Positions 30,129 through 38,952 of a stretch of 61,726 nucleotides of DNA are shown here, piece by piece. How positions within the stretch are numbered: the first letter of the stretch is position 1; each line of letters starts with the position of its first letter. Under the pieces are notes generated by a model. It saw only the letters and a program-made list of their open reading frames with translations. It was not told the DNA's origin and searched no databases. The translations under genes were made by a program, and so were the position numbers. Source of the DNA: a virus (lineage: Duplodnaviria > Caudoviricetes); the IMG/VR virus record IMGVR_UViG_3300046028_004204, positions 1 through 61,726 of that record; one strand, 5' to 3'.

Positions 30129-30193
30129 AATGATCTCCTAGAAGTTAATGTATTTTATTATACAGTGAGTTGATCTTGATGTCAACAATTATT

Positions 30194-30394
30194 TCAAACT
30201 CTAGAACTGTAGACTTCTACAAATCCACGCCAAACTGTTCCAGTACTGCGTGTCATCTTGGCGGCCAATTGATCAGCTTGATCTTCTGCTAGAGATCGCT
30301 GTCGTAGCTCGAGTCGTGAGCCTGTGAGGTCCTGACTCATCACTGTCTGTCCAGTGAGAATGTTTCGTGCTTTGGCAATGAGGTATTGTTTCAT
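30194..30394 (-). CDS. Hypothetical protein
   Basis: ORF from MKQYLIAK. Confidence 0.5.
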   Translation of the reverse strand: MKQYLIAKARNILTGQTVMSQDLTGSRLELRQRSLAEDQADQLAAKMTRSTGTVWRGFVEVYSSRV

Positions 30395-30395
30395 A

Positions 30396-30578
30396 TTATA
30401 GTCCGAATTCCTGGGCAAAGGCTTCAGCTTGATCCTGATCAAAGAACTCCAAGGATAGCTGTTGGTTTTTGTAAATGACCTGATAGTCTAGATGCTCAAT
30501 GGCATTAATAGCCAGCCACGAATGCCAAGAGTCCTCTTCAACTAGATCGGCAATGGTCCAAGGTTTAGTGTATTTCAT
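30396..30578 (-). CDS. Hypothetical protein
   Basis: TAAATA 5 nt before ATG. Confidence 0.55.
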   Translation of the reverse strand: MKYTKPWTIADLVEEDSWHSWLAINAIEHLDYQVIYKNQQLSLEFFDQDQAEAFAQEFGL

Positions 30579-30586
30579 AAGTGTAT

Positions 30587-30817
30587 TTATTCATCAAACA
30601 GTGTTCTAATGACCCTAGTTTGCTCGGGATACTGTAACAGCCATAAACTGGCAAACTGTGCCTGGCTAAACAACATCCACCAATCTGTTACTATAGCGTA
30701 ATCATATTGAAAGTCTGTAACATGACTTCTAGGCCAAAAAGTAACCACACGCGGAGTCCACTGTTCAAGTAACAGTCTCTGATGATCCACAAAAGGTTCT
30801 AGATAGACTAACAGCAT
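30587..30817 (-). CDS. Hypothetical protein
   Basis: TAAATA 8 nt before ATG. Confidence 0.5.
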   Translation of the reverse strand: MLLVYLEPFVDHQRLLLEQWTPRVVTFWPRSHVTDFQYDYAIVTDWWMLFSQAQFASLWLLQYPEQTRVIRTLFDE

Positions 30818-30991
30818 ACTACGAGTATTTAATCGTAGGAGCCCAATTTAGGCCCAGTTCTTTAGAGCGCGAAGCGCCAAGCGGTAGCGCAGAAAATTTG
30901 CAAGAAATTTTTGAAATGAGTTATCAGAGTAGTTAATGCTTGCCCAGCGATCCTAGATCTACTGTGCTTCAACTGTGGTCTGCGGGAATCT

Positions 30992-31165
30992 TTACTTGTT
31001 GGATCTAAATATGCGATACAGTGCATAAGCTACTAGAACAGCAAATATGACTATAACTGTGATCTCTACTGTGGTAAGAGTGGGCAAGGGCTCTGGCTCA
31101 ACACGCTGAGGTCTGGGAACAACGGGCTGTGAGGCTAGATACTGTTCGCGGGCTTTGTTATCCAT
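30992..31165 (-). CDS. 57-aa single-TM protein (not in ORF track)
   Basis: MDNKAREQ...ITVIVIFAVLVAYALYRIFRSNK*; TAAATA 5 nt before ATG. Confidence 0.6.
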   Translation of the reverse strand: MDNKAREQYLASQPVVPRPQRVEPEPLPTLTTVEITVIVIFAVLVAYALYRIFRSNK

Positions 31166-31176
31166 ACTGTTATTTA

Positions 31177-31446
31177 CTATACAGCGCCTCTAAGTATGCT
31201 CATGGTGATTTCTTGATCCGCTATACGATAGACATTGTAGCACTCTCTGCGGATCTTCTTTTGGCTGGGTTTGCTTCTACGATTACCCGCTGATGAGTTC
31301 AATGGCTGTAACTGTACTTGATTTGAATTCTCATATAGTTGAATCACCCGGGCTAGTATGATTCTATTGTGTTCAGTGACTATGCAATGATCTCCTTCTT
31401 GAAGAGGAGCACCTGCGATATCACGATGTTGTAGAGTGTAGTTCAT
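31177..31446 (-). CDS. Hypothetical protein
   Basis: 89-aa ORF. Confidence 0.55.
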   Translation of the reverse strand: MNYTLQHRDIAGAPLQEGDHCIVTEHNRIILARVIQLYENSNQVQLQPLNSSAGNRRSKPSQKKIRRECYNVYRIADQEITMSILRGAV

Positions 31447-31623
31447 AGTGTGTATTGTTAGTTACTGTAGAAAAAGGTTATTGAGGGGTAAAAAAATTGG
31501 TCGCGTAAAAAATTAGGGTGGAGTACTTACGCTTTTGAGGTGGTGATTTGCTACCATACTGTTGTTATTATACAACACTATGTATGTATACCGGCCACCC
31601 CCCACCATAGCCCCACCATGACC

Positions 31624-31836
31624 TCATTGGTGCCTCGGTCTCATCTTCCTGGGACAATCTCTATCCATCTGAGGTCGGCAAGGTTGATGATCCCAATTGG
31701 GCAAGACATCGATTAGACTACGATGGCCTACGGGGTCCCACGGTGCGTCACGCCTGTCGTGTGTGGCGCAGCCTGTAACAGCTAACAAGCTGCTAGCGGC
31801 TAGCAATACGCTGCAAATACGCTGTGAGTTCTTCAT
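31624..31836 (-). CDS. Putative small lipoprotein
   Basis: LLAVTGC lipobox; start uncertain. Confidence 0.45.
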   Translation of the reverse strand: MKNSQRICSVLLAASSLLAVTGCATHDRRDAPWDPVGHRSLIDVLPNWDHQPCRPQMDRDCPRKMRPRHQ

Positions 31837-32017
31837 GTACTGTGTCCACTGTGTCTAGTTGTGCTGCTGTCATAAGCTCGCGTAACACTTGAGCTCTACG
31901 CTTATACGCAGGCGGCATAGCCTTAACCATAGCATCTACTGCGTCTAGTGTATCACAGTTCCACAGTAGGTTACATATCTCTATGTCCTTCTTTGACAGT
32001 CCTTCAAGTGTGATCAT
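31793..32017 (-). CDS. Hypothetical protein
   Basis: AAGGAG RBS, coupled to upstream gene. Confidence 0.6.
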   Translation of the reverse strand: MITLEGLSKKDIEICNLLWNCDTLDAVDAMVKAMPPAYKRRAQVLRELMTAAQLDTVDTVHEELTAYLQRIASR

Positions 32018-32205
32018 TCCCGTGCTCCTTCTACTGCATATGAAGCGCCTACTGCCATAAGCGCAATGCCTATGAGTGCGAATGTGCCTAAGTATATGCC
32101 ATCATATGTAGCCAAGTCCGGGCTAGTCTCAATGCCGCCTACAGTGCCTAACAACATAACAAGTCCTGTGTATAAGCAGAACAGGGCCTTTTGTCTTGTA
32201 GTCAT
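32014..32205 (-). CDS. Two-TM membrane protein
   Basis: Two hydrophobic segments; promoter and AAAGGA RBS. Confidence 0.65.
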   Translation of the reverse strand: MTTRQKALFCLYTGLVMLLGTVGGIETSPDLATYDGIYLGTFALIGIALMAVGASYAVEGARE

Positions 32206-32256
32206 CTTGTTTCCTTTGTGTGTATGTACGTAGTATAACAGTGTTTAGCCAAACTG

Positions 32257-32364
32257 TCAACCAAAAATGATAGTGCCTAGACCTGCAATAGCCAACAGCA
32301 GAGCTTGTGCAATACCAAAGTGGAACAAGAACCATACAACTGCAATTCCAACGATCCATTTCAT
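32257..32364 (-). CDS. 35-aa hydrophobic peptide (not in ORF track)
   Basis: MKWIVGIAVVWFLFHFGIAQALLLAIAGLGTIIFG*; own promoter and AAGGAG; TGA lies inside next TTGACA. Confidence 0.65.
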   Translation of the reverse strand: MKWIVGIAVVWFLFHFGIAQALLLAIAGLGTIIFG

Positions 32365-32478
32365 ATCAGCTCCTTTGTTGCTATGTGTCTAGTATACTGC
32401 CAAAAAGCCTCTGTGTCAACCTACGAAGTGCCCAGGCGTGTTGCAGGGTCTAGTGGTAGGCTGACACGTTGGCAATCT

Positions 32479-32865
32479 TTAGACCCAACCCTCTACCACC
32501 ATAACGGGCTTCTTAAGCACACGCTTGACAAAGGATTCTGGGTCGTCATCTACACGGGTCAACATATAGCCCATTGCCTCGCCCAAGTCTGCACTCTTAA
32601 TCTCTAGCTCTAGGCCGGCTGCTTCGAACGCTGCCTGCATACGTGTTAATGTATAACGGACACCTGCGTCGAATGCCTCGTACTCTGCTTGTCCGATCTC
32701 GTCACCGTCAAAGCCTGCATCCTCTAGCACTACGGCTGTCTCTGCGCCGTCAGCCACTACAAATTTGCCGATTTTCTTCCAGTTGCTCTGCTTCTCGCTG
32801 TCAAAGTGGTCACAGCATTCGTTGAGGTCAAAGCTGTTGAAGTTGTCATAATTTACTGTAGTCAT
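32479..32865 (-). CDS. Hypothetical protein
   Basis: Promoter and AAGGAGCG RBS. Confidence 0.7.
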   Translation of the reverse strand: MTTVNYDNFNSFDLNECCDHFDSEKQSNWKKIGKFVVADGAETAVVLEDAGFDGDEIGQAEYEAFDAGVRYTLTRMQAAFEAAGLELEIKSADLGEAMGYMLTRVDDDPESFVKRVLKKPVMVVEGWV

Positions 32866-32954
32866 TTGGTTCGCTCCTTGTTACTATGTGTCTATTATAC
32901 AACTAATTTGGCCAGTTGTCAACCTTTCTACAAAAGCCCTTGAGCTTTGTAGGG

Positions 32955-33152
32955 TCAATAGCTTTGGTGGCTATGACCAATGCGGTACATCACAGTGGGC
33001 ACAATCTCTTCTGTGTCCGGTGTGTACGGCTCTGGCAACATGATGGTTGCGAACTCGCCATAGCAGTAATAACCGCTTTCGGTCACTACCAACTCTGCGT
33101 CCTGAGGCAATGCCTCTAATGCCCGGATCATTTCTGCTACTGTTATTGTCAT
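32955..33152 (-). CDS. Hypothetical protein
   Basis: Promoter and AGGAG RBS; TVAEMIRALEALPQDAE. Confidence 0.7.
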   Translation of the reverse strand: MTITVAEMIRALEALPQDAELVVTESGYYCYGEFATIMLPEPYTPDTEEIVPTVMYRIGHSHQSY

Positions 33153-33242
33153 CTTGTTCTCCTACTTGTTTGTTGCTATGTGTCTATTATACAACCAAAA
33201 TGCCAAAGTGTCAACCAATTTTGTGTTGTATTATTGCAACAG

Positions 33243-33953
33243 TTAGAACTTCAACGATTCGTACTTGGTCAAGTCGTACTTGGATAGATCTGTGATGAAC
33301 GGTGTGCCCACAGTTACATCCAAGAAGAACAGCTCGTGGAATCTAGCCTTGATGTCTACTTGACCTTCCACTAGACTGCCTTTGTGTTGTATCCCCATTG
33401 GAATCTTGCCTTGTTCTACATGATCCTTACCAGGTGTGCGGCTCAACAGATGATATGGAACCCAGTAGTGGACGGCACCATTGCCGTAGAGCGCAGAGAA
33501 CAGGCCGTAGTTGGCACAGTCTGGTTTGACCTGTTGCCAAGTTCCTTTTTTAGAAGGCTGCACTTTAGAATCTAGCATGGGAATGCGGGTTGCACGTTCG
33601 GCCCATGTTAACGCATATCCGCGTTTATCGATTTGTTTTTTGCTGTCAGGAGTCATTACAGTAAAGAATTTAATCTCTACCAAGTCTCCTGTTAGATGTT
33701 GCGCTATCGACTGATCCAAGACAGCATCATGGTTGCCATTACGCTTGTCTAACAGTTGAGGGCATCCAGCTTTGAACTCGTTCTCCCAAGCATCACCGCG
33801 ATGCTTGGAAATACCCTCTTTAAACCATTTCTGCATGTCTGCAGGAAAACCGTAGGTATTAGTCCATCGAGTCATGTCTACCTCATCCTGGAACTCACGG
33901 AATGCCTTGGTATCCATTCCTACTACGTCTGCCATTGTGAAAGTTTTGGCCAT
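33243..33953 (-). CDS. PD-(D/E)xK restriction-endonuclease-like nuclease
   Basis: GDAWE...NHD...VEIK...WQQVKP spacing. Confidence 0.5.
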   Translation of the reverse strand: MAKTFTMADVVGMDTKAFREFQDEVDMTRWTNTYGFPADMQKWFKEGISKHRGDAWENEFKAGCPQLLDKRNGNHDAVLDQSIAQHLTGDLVEIKFFTVMTPDSKKQIDKRGYALTWAERATRIPMLDSKVQPSKKGTWQQVKPDCANYGLFSALYGNGAVHYWVPYHLLSRTPGKDHVEQGKIPMGIQHKGSLVEGQVDIKARFHELFFLDVTVGTPFITDLSKYDLTKYESLKF

Positions 33954-33961
33954 GTTAGTCC

Positions 33962-34219
33962 TTAGCTGGCGTTACGGAAGAAGTCTGCTGGCATTTCAAA
34001 GTAACCAGTCCACAGCAGACCAAAGATGTATATGGCTAACAGGACACCGTTAACGATGACCAAGTTCCATTCGCGAATCCTGATGCTCCAGATCAAGTAC
34101 AGAGCTGCACCTAGGTTCAGGAAGTAGATGTTCAAGGGATCGATGCGCAGGCTTGTGAAAGCTGCCCCAAGGACCACTGCCAAGCAGCCGGTCCATTTAA
34201 GTATGTTGTTTAAGTTCAT
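33962..34219 (-). CDS. Small membrane protein (leaderless)
   Basis: Three hydrophobic segments; ATG 6 nt after TATAAT. Confidence 0.7.
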   Translation of the reverse strand: MNLNNILKWTGCLAVVLGAAFTSLRIDPLNIYFLNLGAALYLIWSIRIREWNLVIVNGVLLAIYIFGLLWTGYFEMPADFFRNAS

Positions 34220-34284
34220 GTGTTAATTATATGCTCGTTTTGCCAAACTGTCAACCGACCCTAGACCCCGTAGGGTCTTTGTTG

Positions 34285-34428
34285 TTATGCTATAATTGTG
34301 TCGTCTAGCGCACAAGCTAACGCATTAAATGCGTTTTGTATTGCAACATGTTCGTCTAGTTCTGCTTCTTCTAGCACTGCTTGTAACTGCAACATTAAAC
34401 TGTCTAATTTGCTTTTTGTATTTTGCAT
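34285..34428 (-). CDS. 47-aa helical protein (not in ORF track)
   Basis: MQNTKSKLDSLMLQLQAVLEEAELDEH...DDTIIA*; own promoter. Confidence 0.6.
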   Translation of the reverse strand: MQNTKSKLDSLMLQLQAVLEEAELDEHVAIQNAFNALACALDDTIIA

Positions 34429-34499
34429 TGTTTGCTTTCTGTTAAAAAACAATTATAGCACACTTACATCCAAAATGCAAGTGTGCTACATAATAACCC

Positions 34500-34775
34500 T
34501 TACGCTGCCAGTGCTTTTACACGCACATACACAATTCCGCCATCCCTGCCGTGTACTGCACTTTTTGTAACTTTTACACTGTTTGCAAAGCCTGCTAAAA
34601 ATACAGCGTCTGCTACACGCTTTTGCAATGCTTGCATGTATGCTGTGTCTTGTCCGTAATTTACTGCACACGCAAGCAAACGCATGTTTTCGTCTGCACA
34701 CTTGTCCGTGTAAATTTTATTTACATTAAGTGTACTGCGCAAAATTGTACGCATTTGTAATGTAGTTGCTAACAT
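34500..34775 (-). CDS. Hypothetical protein (no Pro; TC/CC-free gene)
   Basis: Promoter and AAAGGAG RBS. Confidence 0.7.
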   Translation of the reverse strand: MLATTLQMRTILRSTLNVNKIYTDKCADENMRLLACAVNYGQDTAYMQALQKRVADAVFLAGFANSVKVTKSAVHGRDGGIVYVRVKALAA

Positions 34776-34863
34776 GTCTGCTCCTTTGTTGCTAAGTGTT
34801 AATTATAGCGCAAACAAGCCAAACTGTCAACCAAAATGCAAAAAGCCCTTACGGGCCTTAGGG

Positions 34864-35202
34864 TTATGCGTTCTGCATAAATGTGTTTATAAAGCACTCT
34901 CCCACATCGCACGACACATAAGTGTCCCCCTGCATCCCTTGCTCGCTGTAGCTTACATCGCTAGCGTCAAAGCCCAGCTGTGTAAGCAAAGCGCAAAGCT
35001 CTGCTTCAAACAAGCTGTCTGTGTATATGAGACCGTCTTTGTTGACATCCCATGTGTTTGTGTTAAAATACACGCGGAGCTCTCCGAAGTCCAGCTCGTC
35101 GTTAGTGTACGCTAACACAAGTCTAGTGACCTCAACGGCCGTTTGCTTGCGGCTCCAGTAGCCGTCGCCTGCTGTGTGTAGCGTTGCATTTACTTTGTAC
35201 AT
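34864..35202 (-). CDS. Hypothetical protein
   Basis: Promoter and AAAGGAG; GDGYWS, YSEQGMQG. Confidence 0.75.
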   Translation of the reverse strand: MYKVNATLHTAGDGYWSRKQTAVEVTRLVLAYTNDELDFGELRVYFNTNTWDVNKDGLIYTDSLFEAELCALLTQLGFDASDVSYSEQGMQGDTYVSCDVGECFINTFMQNA

Positions 35203-35282
35203 GAGTTCTCCTTTGTTGCTATGTGTTTATTATAGCACACACTTGTCCAAAATGCAAGTGTGTGCGTTAATAACCCTACAGT

Positions 35283-35534
35283 TTACTCTACAAATACAAT
35301 TTGTGTTGTACGCAAGTTTTGTTGTGCAATAGCCACAGTGCGTTGCACTTCGTTTTGCAAATCTTCTGCAAGTAAGTCCCCGCTAACATAGTTGCATTTT
35401 GCTTGTACAGGAAACTTATATTTGTAGTTAGTGCCTACTAACTCTTTGTGTACGTTAAATGCAATTTGCACTTTGTATGCGTTAATTTTTTTGTTGTAAA
35501 CTAGCTTTGCGTATGCTATGCACTGTGTAAACAT
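35283..35534 (-). CDS. Hypothetical protein
   Basis: Start MFTQ after AAAGGAG and promoter. Confidence 0.7.
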   Translation of the reverse strand: MFTQCIAYAKLVYNKKINAYKVQIAFNVHKELVGTNYKYKFPVQAKCNYVSGDLLAEDLQNEVQRTVAIAQQNLRTTQIVFVE

Positions 35535-35609
35535 TTTAGCTCCTTTTGTGTGTATGTGTTTATTATAACGCATACCGTCCAAAATGTCAACCAAAATGCA
35601 AGAGACCCT

Positions 35610-36002
35610 TTATGTTGTAGGGTTTTCCTTGATTAGCATGGCGCCATCAGCTTCTGCTATCACCAGTGTGACATTGGCTACCTTTTGGCTGATCATTGCG
35701 ATCAACTCGTCTCTGGTCTTGCCCTGTGCTAGGAACAGGCCACTGTCTTTACGATAGGCAAACATGAATTCACCGTGTTGTTCAACCTTGATCTCAAGTT
35801 TGGGGAACTCATCGGCGCGGCCTTCTTCTAGATCGATCTCCTTCTGGAGGTCCTTCATGACTGCTTCCAGCTTCTCGGGAGTGACTCCGGCCCTGCGAAA
35901 GATATCAGGGATCAAGGTCTTGTGCAGGGCATCAGCAACCTTATAGCCCACAATCGCACCCAGGATGCAGCCTAACACAAAGGCCAGTAGATCAAATTCC
36001 AT
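35610..36002 (-). CDS. N-terminal TM hypothetical protein
   Basis: 130 aa, coupled to upstream gene. Confidence 0.65.
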   Translation of the reverse strand: MEFDLLAFVLGCILGAIVGYKVADALHKTLIPDIFRRAGVTPEKLEAVMKDLQKEIDLEEGRADEFPKLEIKVEQHGEFMFAYRKDSGLFLAQGKTRDELIAMISQKVANVTLVIAEADGAMLIKENPTT

Positions 36003-36229
36003 TATTTCTTCCTTCTGCGAGAGACTTGAAACTCTCGATCGATATAGTACTGAATCAGGCTGCGTTGCATCAAGGTAACCAGATCACCATTGTCTTCTGG
36101 CACTATGAATCGTACAGGACAGGTGCCCCAGGTATGATTCATTTGGAACTCAGCAAAGAATCGACGATGATCCTTGTTGGTTGGATCGAAGGCCACCAAA
36201 GGCCTGCAATAGTATTCTAGTCTGCTCAT
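36002..36229 (-). CDS. Hypothetical protein
   Basis: Start MSRLEYY 5 nt after TAAATA. Confidence 0.65.
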   Translation of the reverse strand: MSRLEYYCRPLVAFDPTNKDHRRFFAEFQMNHTWGTCPVRFIVPEDNGDLVTLMQRSLIQYYIDREFQVSRRRKK

Positions 36230-36237
36230 ATGTTTAT

Positions 36238-36528
36238 TTACGCGAATTCCGGTTCGTTGATCTTGGTCAGCATGTTGGCCGGCACTCGCCATGCACCCTG
36301 TATGGTCTTGACTGTGACATACTTGATGGCGATCTTAGTGACTACACCTGTCACATTGCGGCCAGTCTTGCTGGATGTAAAGTTGACATTATCTCCGATG
36401 GTCAAGCTTCGTTTGGTCTGTTGAACCAGTTGGGCTCGGTTCCACTTGACTGCATCGATCATGCTACGAAGTTCGATGTCTGTCCAAGCACCGAACATGA
36501 TTGCTGAGTTGACTTGTTTGATATCCAT
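36238..36528 (-). CDS. Hypothetical protein with SH3/KOW-like C-terminus
   Basis: LTIGDNV.F...GVVTKI..KYV.V; promoter and AAGGAG. Confidence 0.65.
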   Translation of the reverse strand: MDIKQVNSAIMFGAWTDIELRSMIDAVKWNRAQLVQQTKRSLTIGDNVNFTSSKTGRNVTGVVTKIAIKYVTVKTIQGAWRVPANMLTKINEPEFA

Positions 36529-36647
36529 GGAGTTCTCCTTAGTTGATGTATGTATTATAGCACCGATCGCCAACCTTGTCAACCAAAAAAAACCCTAGTA
36601 CCGATGTACTAGGGTGTTAAAGTTACCGTACCGGGAGCGAATCGGAT

Positions 36648-36950
36648 TTACGCGGTAACTGTCTCTGCCTTCTTGGCAGTAGCTTTAACAGCCTGGGGGG
36701 CTGGATTTTTCTTTTCAGCGTAGGCAATGGCAGCTTCGATAGCAGCATCACCTTGACCGAATCCAACACTCTTGAGATGTTGAACCGCTTCGGCCTTGGT
36801 CATTTCAACTGGTAGTTCAACCAGCTCGACTCCGGTGTGGCCATTCTTGGCCAGGATCTTGATACGCATGGTATCGTTAGCGAAACGAAGCTTGGTCTTG
36901 CCTTCGAGGGTTGATACGCCTGCAACCGCAAATTTCTTATCTGTACTCAT
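36648..36950 (-). CDS. Hypothetical protein
   Basis: Start MSTDKK; GAAGGA RBS; promoter. Confidence 0.7.
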   Translation of the reverse strand: MSTDKKFAVAGVSTLEGKTKLRFANDTMRIKILAKNGHTGVELVELPVEMTKAEAVQHLKSVGFGQGDAAIEAAIAYAEKKNPAPQAVKATAKKAETVTA

Positions 36951-37040
36951 TTTAAAGTTTCCTTCTGTGTGTGTTTGAAAATTTATGCTGTTCTTCAGCA
37001 TGTTATTAGTGTAACATCGTTTTGGAATGGAGTCAACCAT

Positions 37041-37220
37041 TCATTTTACCAAATTGACCTGGATAGTCACTGCCTCCTTTTCATCAAGAGCTGCCACGAA
37101 GTCTTCACCCATCAAGAGCTCTTGCAGAGTCAAATCGATCATGTTCTCGGCTGCAACCAAGTCGGGTGTACCTTCTCCGGCACACTCTACAGTGAACATA
37201 AAGGTGTAGATGCGGCTCAT
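37041..37220 (-). CDS. 59-aa protein (not in ORF track)
   Basis: MSRIYTFMFTVEC...QVNLVK*, ATGA-coupled. Confidence 0.55.
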   Translation of the reverse strand: MSRIYTFMFTVECAGEGTPDLVAAENMIDLTLQELLMGEDFVAALDEKEAVTIQVNLVK

Positions 37221-37846
37221 AATGCAATCAAAGCCTTCTTCTGCTCAGCACCGTCCTTGATCCATTCGGTGAGTTCTTCCTCTTCGTTCTCTGCTTCGTA
37301 TTCAGCCATTGATTCTGAGATACCAAACATGTCGTCCAGCTCATCACCGATAGCGGCTCGAATGGTATTGGAGTTCTCACCACTGTATTCGTAGTAGTCA
37401 TCACAGCCATTCTCCCACTTGCCCACAAAGCCCATACCGGGTTCGTAGTAGTAAAGGGTCACTTCGAAGCCTTGCTCAACCAAAGCCTCGCAGACTTGAG
37501 TAGGTGGGCTCCAGGCACTTTCAAACGGTGCGGAGAAGCTCAAGCCATCCTCTTCGATCTCTGCGGTATCGCCGTTGCCGCCGATCTCCCACTTGGTGCC
37601 CCAATTGGCCACATTGAAGTCATACCAGTTGGCATAACCATACTTCTCTAGATTGGCCGCACTCTTGGCCTCTAGTTCAGCCTGCTCTGCGCCGTCACCC
37701 AGGCGTCCTGAAGTGATGTTGAGTTCTTCTGGCATAGGCACTACCGTACCGCAGAACTCACCGTTGTCGAATGCATCAGCCAATCGCTTGATTGCCACAG
37801 GGTCGGTGCCACGCACCGTGATATGATTTGAACACCAATTAGGCAT
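37217..37846 (-). CDS. DUF1281/Api92-like protein
   Basis: MPNWCSN, NWYD...NWGTKW, FESAWSPP, YYEPGMGF. Confidence 0.7.
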   Translation of the reverse strand: MPNWCSNHITVRGTDPVAIKRLADAFDNGEFCGTVVPMPEELNITSGRLGDGAEQAELEAKSAANLEKYGYANWYDFNVANWGTKWEIGGNGDTAEIEEDGLSFSAPFESAWSPPTQVCEALVEQGFEVTLYYYEPGMGFVGKWENGCDDYYEYSGENSNTIRAAIGDELDDMFGISESMAEYEAENEEEELTEWIKDGAEQKKALIAL

Positions 37847-37858
37847 AATTGCTCCTTG

Positions 37859-38068
37859 TTAGTCTGTAAAAAAGCGGTTCATCAACGATTGATTGATCAT
37901 GTCCATTTCGGACTGCTCAACATAGAAGTCTGTCTTGGGATCCCAGTACTGACCTTCTTTGTTGCAATAATACAACACCCTACCTGAGAAGTTGAACGGA
38001 CCTTCTAGTCCTTTTCGGGGACCATACTTCTCACGCATGTTATCGAATTCAAATGTCTTGTAGCCCAT
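37859..38068 (-). CDS. Hypothetical protein
   Basis: GLEGPF..GRVLYY...EGQYWDPKTD; promoter. Confidence 0.7.
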   Translation of the reverse strand: MGYKTFEFDNMREKYGPRKGLEGPFNFSGRVLYYCNKEGQYWDPKTDFYVEQSEMDMINQSLMNRFFTD

Positions 38069-38123
38069 CGCTCGCTCCTTGTTGCTGTCTATGTGTTTAT
38101 TATAGCACCAATCTGCCTACCTG

Positions 38124-38321
38124 TCAACCAAAAGCGAACTCTTTGACCCAATCAAATTTAGTGCTTGCTGGAACCCACTTGAACTCAGACTTCTTGCGAT
38201 CAGTCTTTTCAAAGTCCATGCACACCATGACCCAACCACGCTCAGAGCTGAAGCCCACGGTGTCAGCGACCCGAACCACTTCAACTACCCTGCCGTCTGT
38301 CATCTTTGCTACTTTGATCAT
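38124..38321 (-). CDS. Hypothetical protein
   Basis: Promoter and AAGGAG. Confidence 0.65.
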   Translation of the reverse strand: MIKVAKMTDGRVVEVVRVADTVGFSSERGWVMVCMDFEKTDRKKSEFKWVPASTKFDWVKEFAFG

Positions 38322-38369
38322 CTTGTGCTCCTTACTATAACTCTAGTATAGCACCGATCATCCAAATGG

Positions 38370-38606
38370 TCAACCAATTTGTGTGTTGCAGAACTGCCAC
38401 ATCTTGTAGGCATCCCCTTTAAGACCCATCAAGATCCCTTCGTAGTCTCTGTAGGAACAGCAGGCCCATGTGCTTTGAGGACGATAAACCCAACCATCGT
38501 GTTCCCGCTCGGTGTTGTGTTGAGTAACAATGCGGCGAGCAGTTGCTGCCTTCTTGTAATACTTCTCCATCCACCCGCTCTTGGTGTCGTAGACTACCCA
38601 TCCCAT
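38370..38606 (-). CDS. Hypothetical protein
   Basis: 78-aa ORF. Confidence 0.6.
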   Translation of the reverse strand: MGWVVYDTKSGWMEKYYKKAATARRIVTQHNTEREHDGWVYRPQSTWACCSYRDYEGILMGLKGDAYKMWQFCNTQIG

Positions 38607-38628
38607 TTACTTCCCCGATATCATTCGT

Positions 38629-38952
38629 TCAACCATGTTGGCCCACGTGTTTGCAGGCACCTCGGAAAGTGAACCCTGGACAGGTACAGGTTTTTTCTTC
38701 TGGGTCGATTGTGTATTCATTTCCGTTACTTCCTTTTACCTTGATTAGATTAGATTGCGCCTTGACCTTAAACGGATTAGGAGTTACAGTTGCGAACTTC
38801 CTGCCTCGCTTGTCAAACCCTTTAATAGGATTCTTAAAATAGAATGGTTCAGTTTCTCCACTCTTTATATACGATACCAGTTTGTTTCCATCCAGTAGGT
38901 ATATGTGCGGGGGGAACTGCCCCCCAGTTGTTTCCTGGAGGGCTTCCATCAA
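38629..38952 (-). CDS. SWIM zinc-finger protein
   Basis: CTCPGF..RGACKH. Confidence 0.75.
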   Translation of the reverse strand: MMEALQETTGGQFPPHIYLLDGNKLVSYIKSGETEPFYFKNPIKGFDKRGRKFATVTPNPFKVKAQSNLIKVKGSNGNEYTIDPEEKTCTCPGFTFRGACKHVGQHG

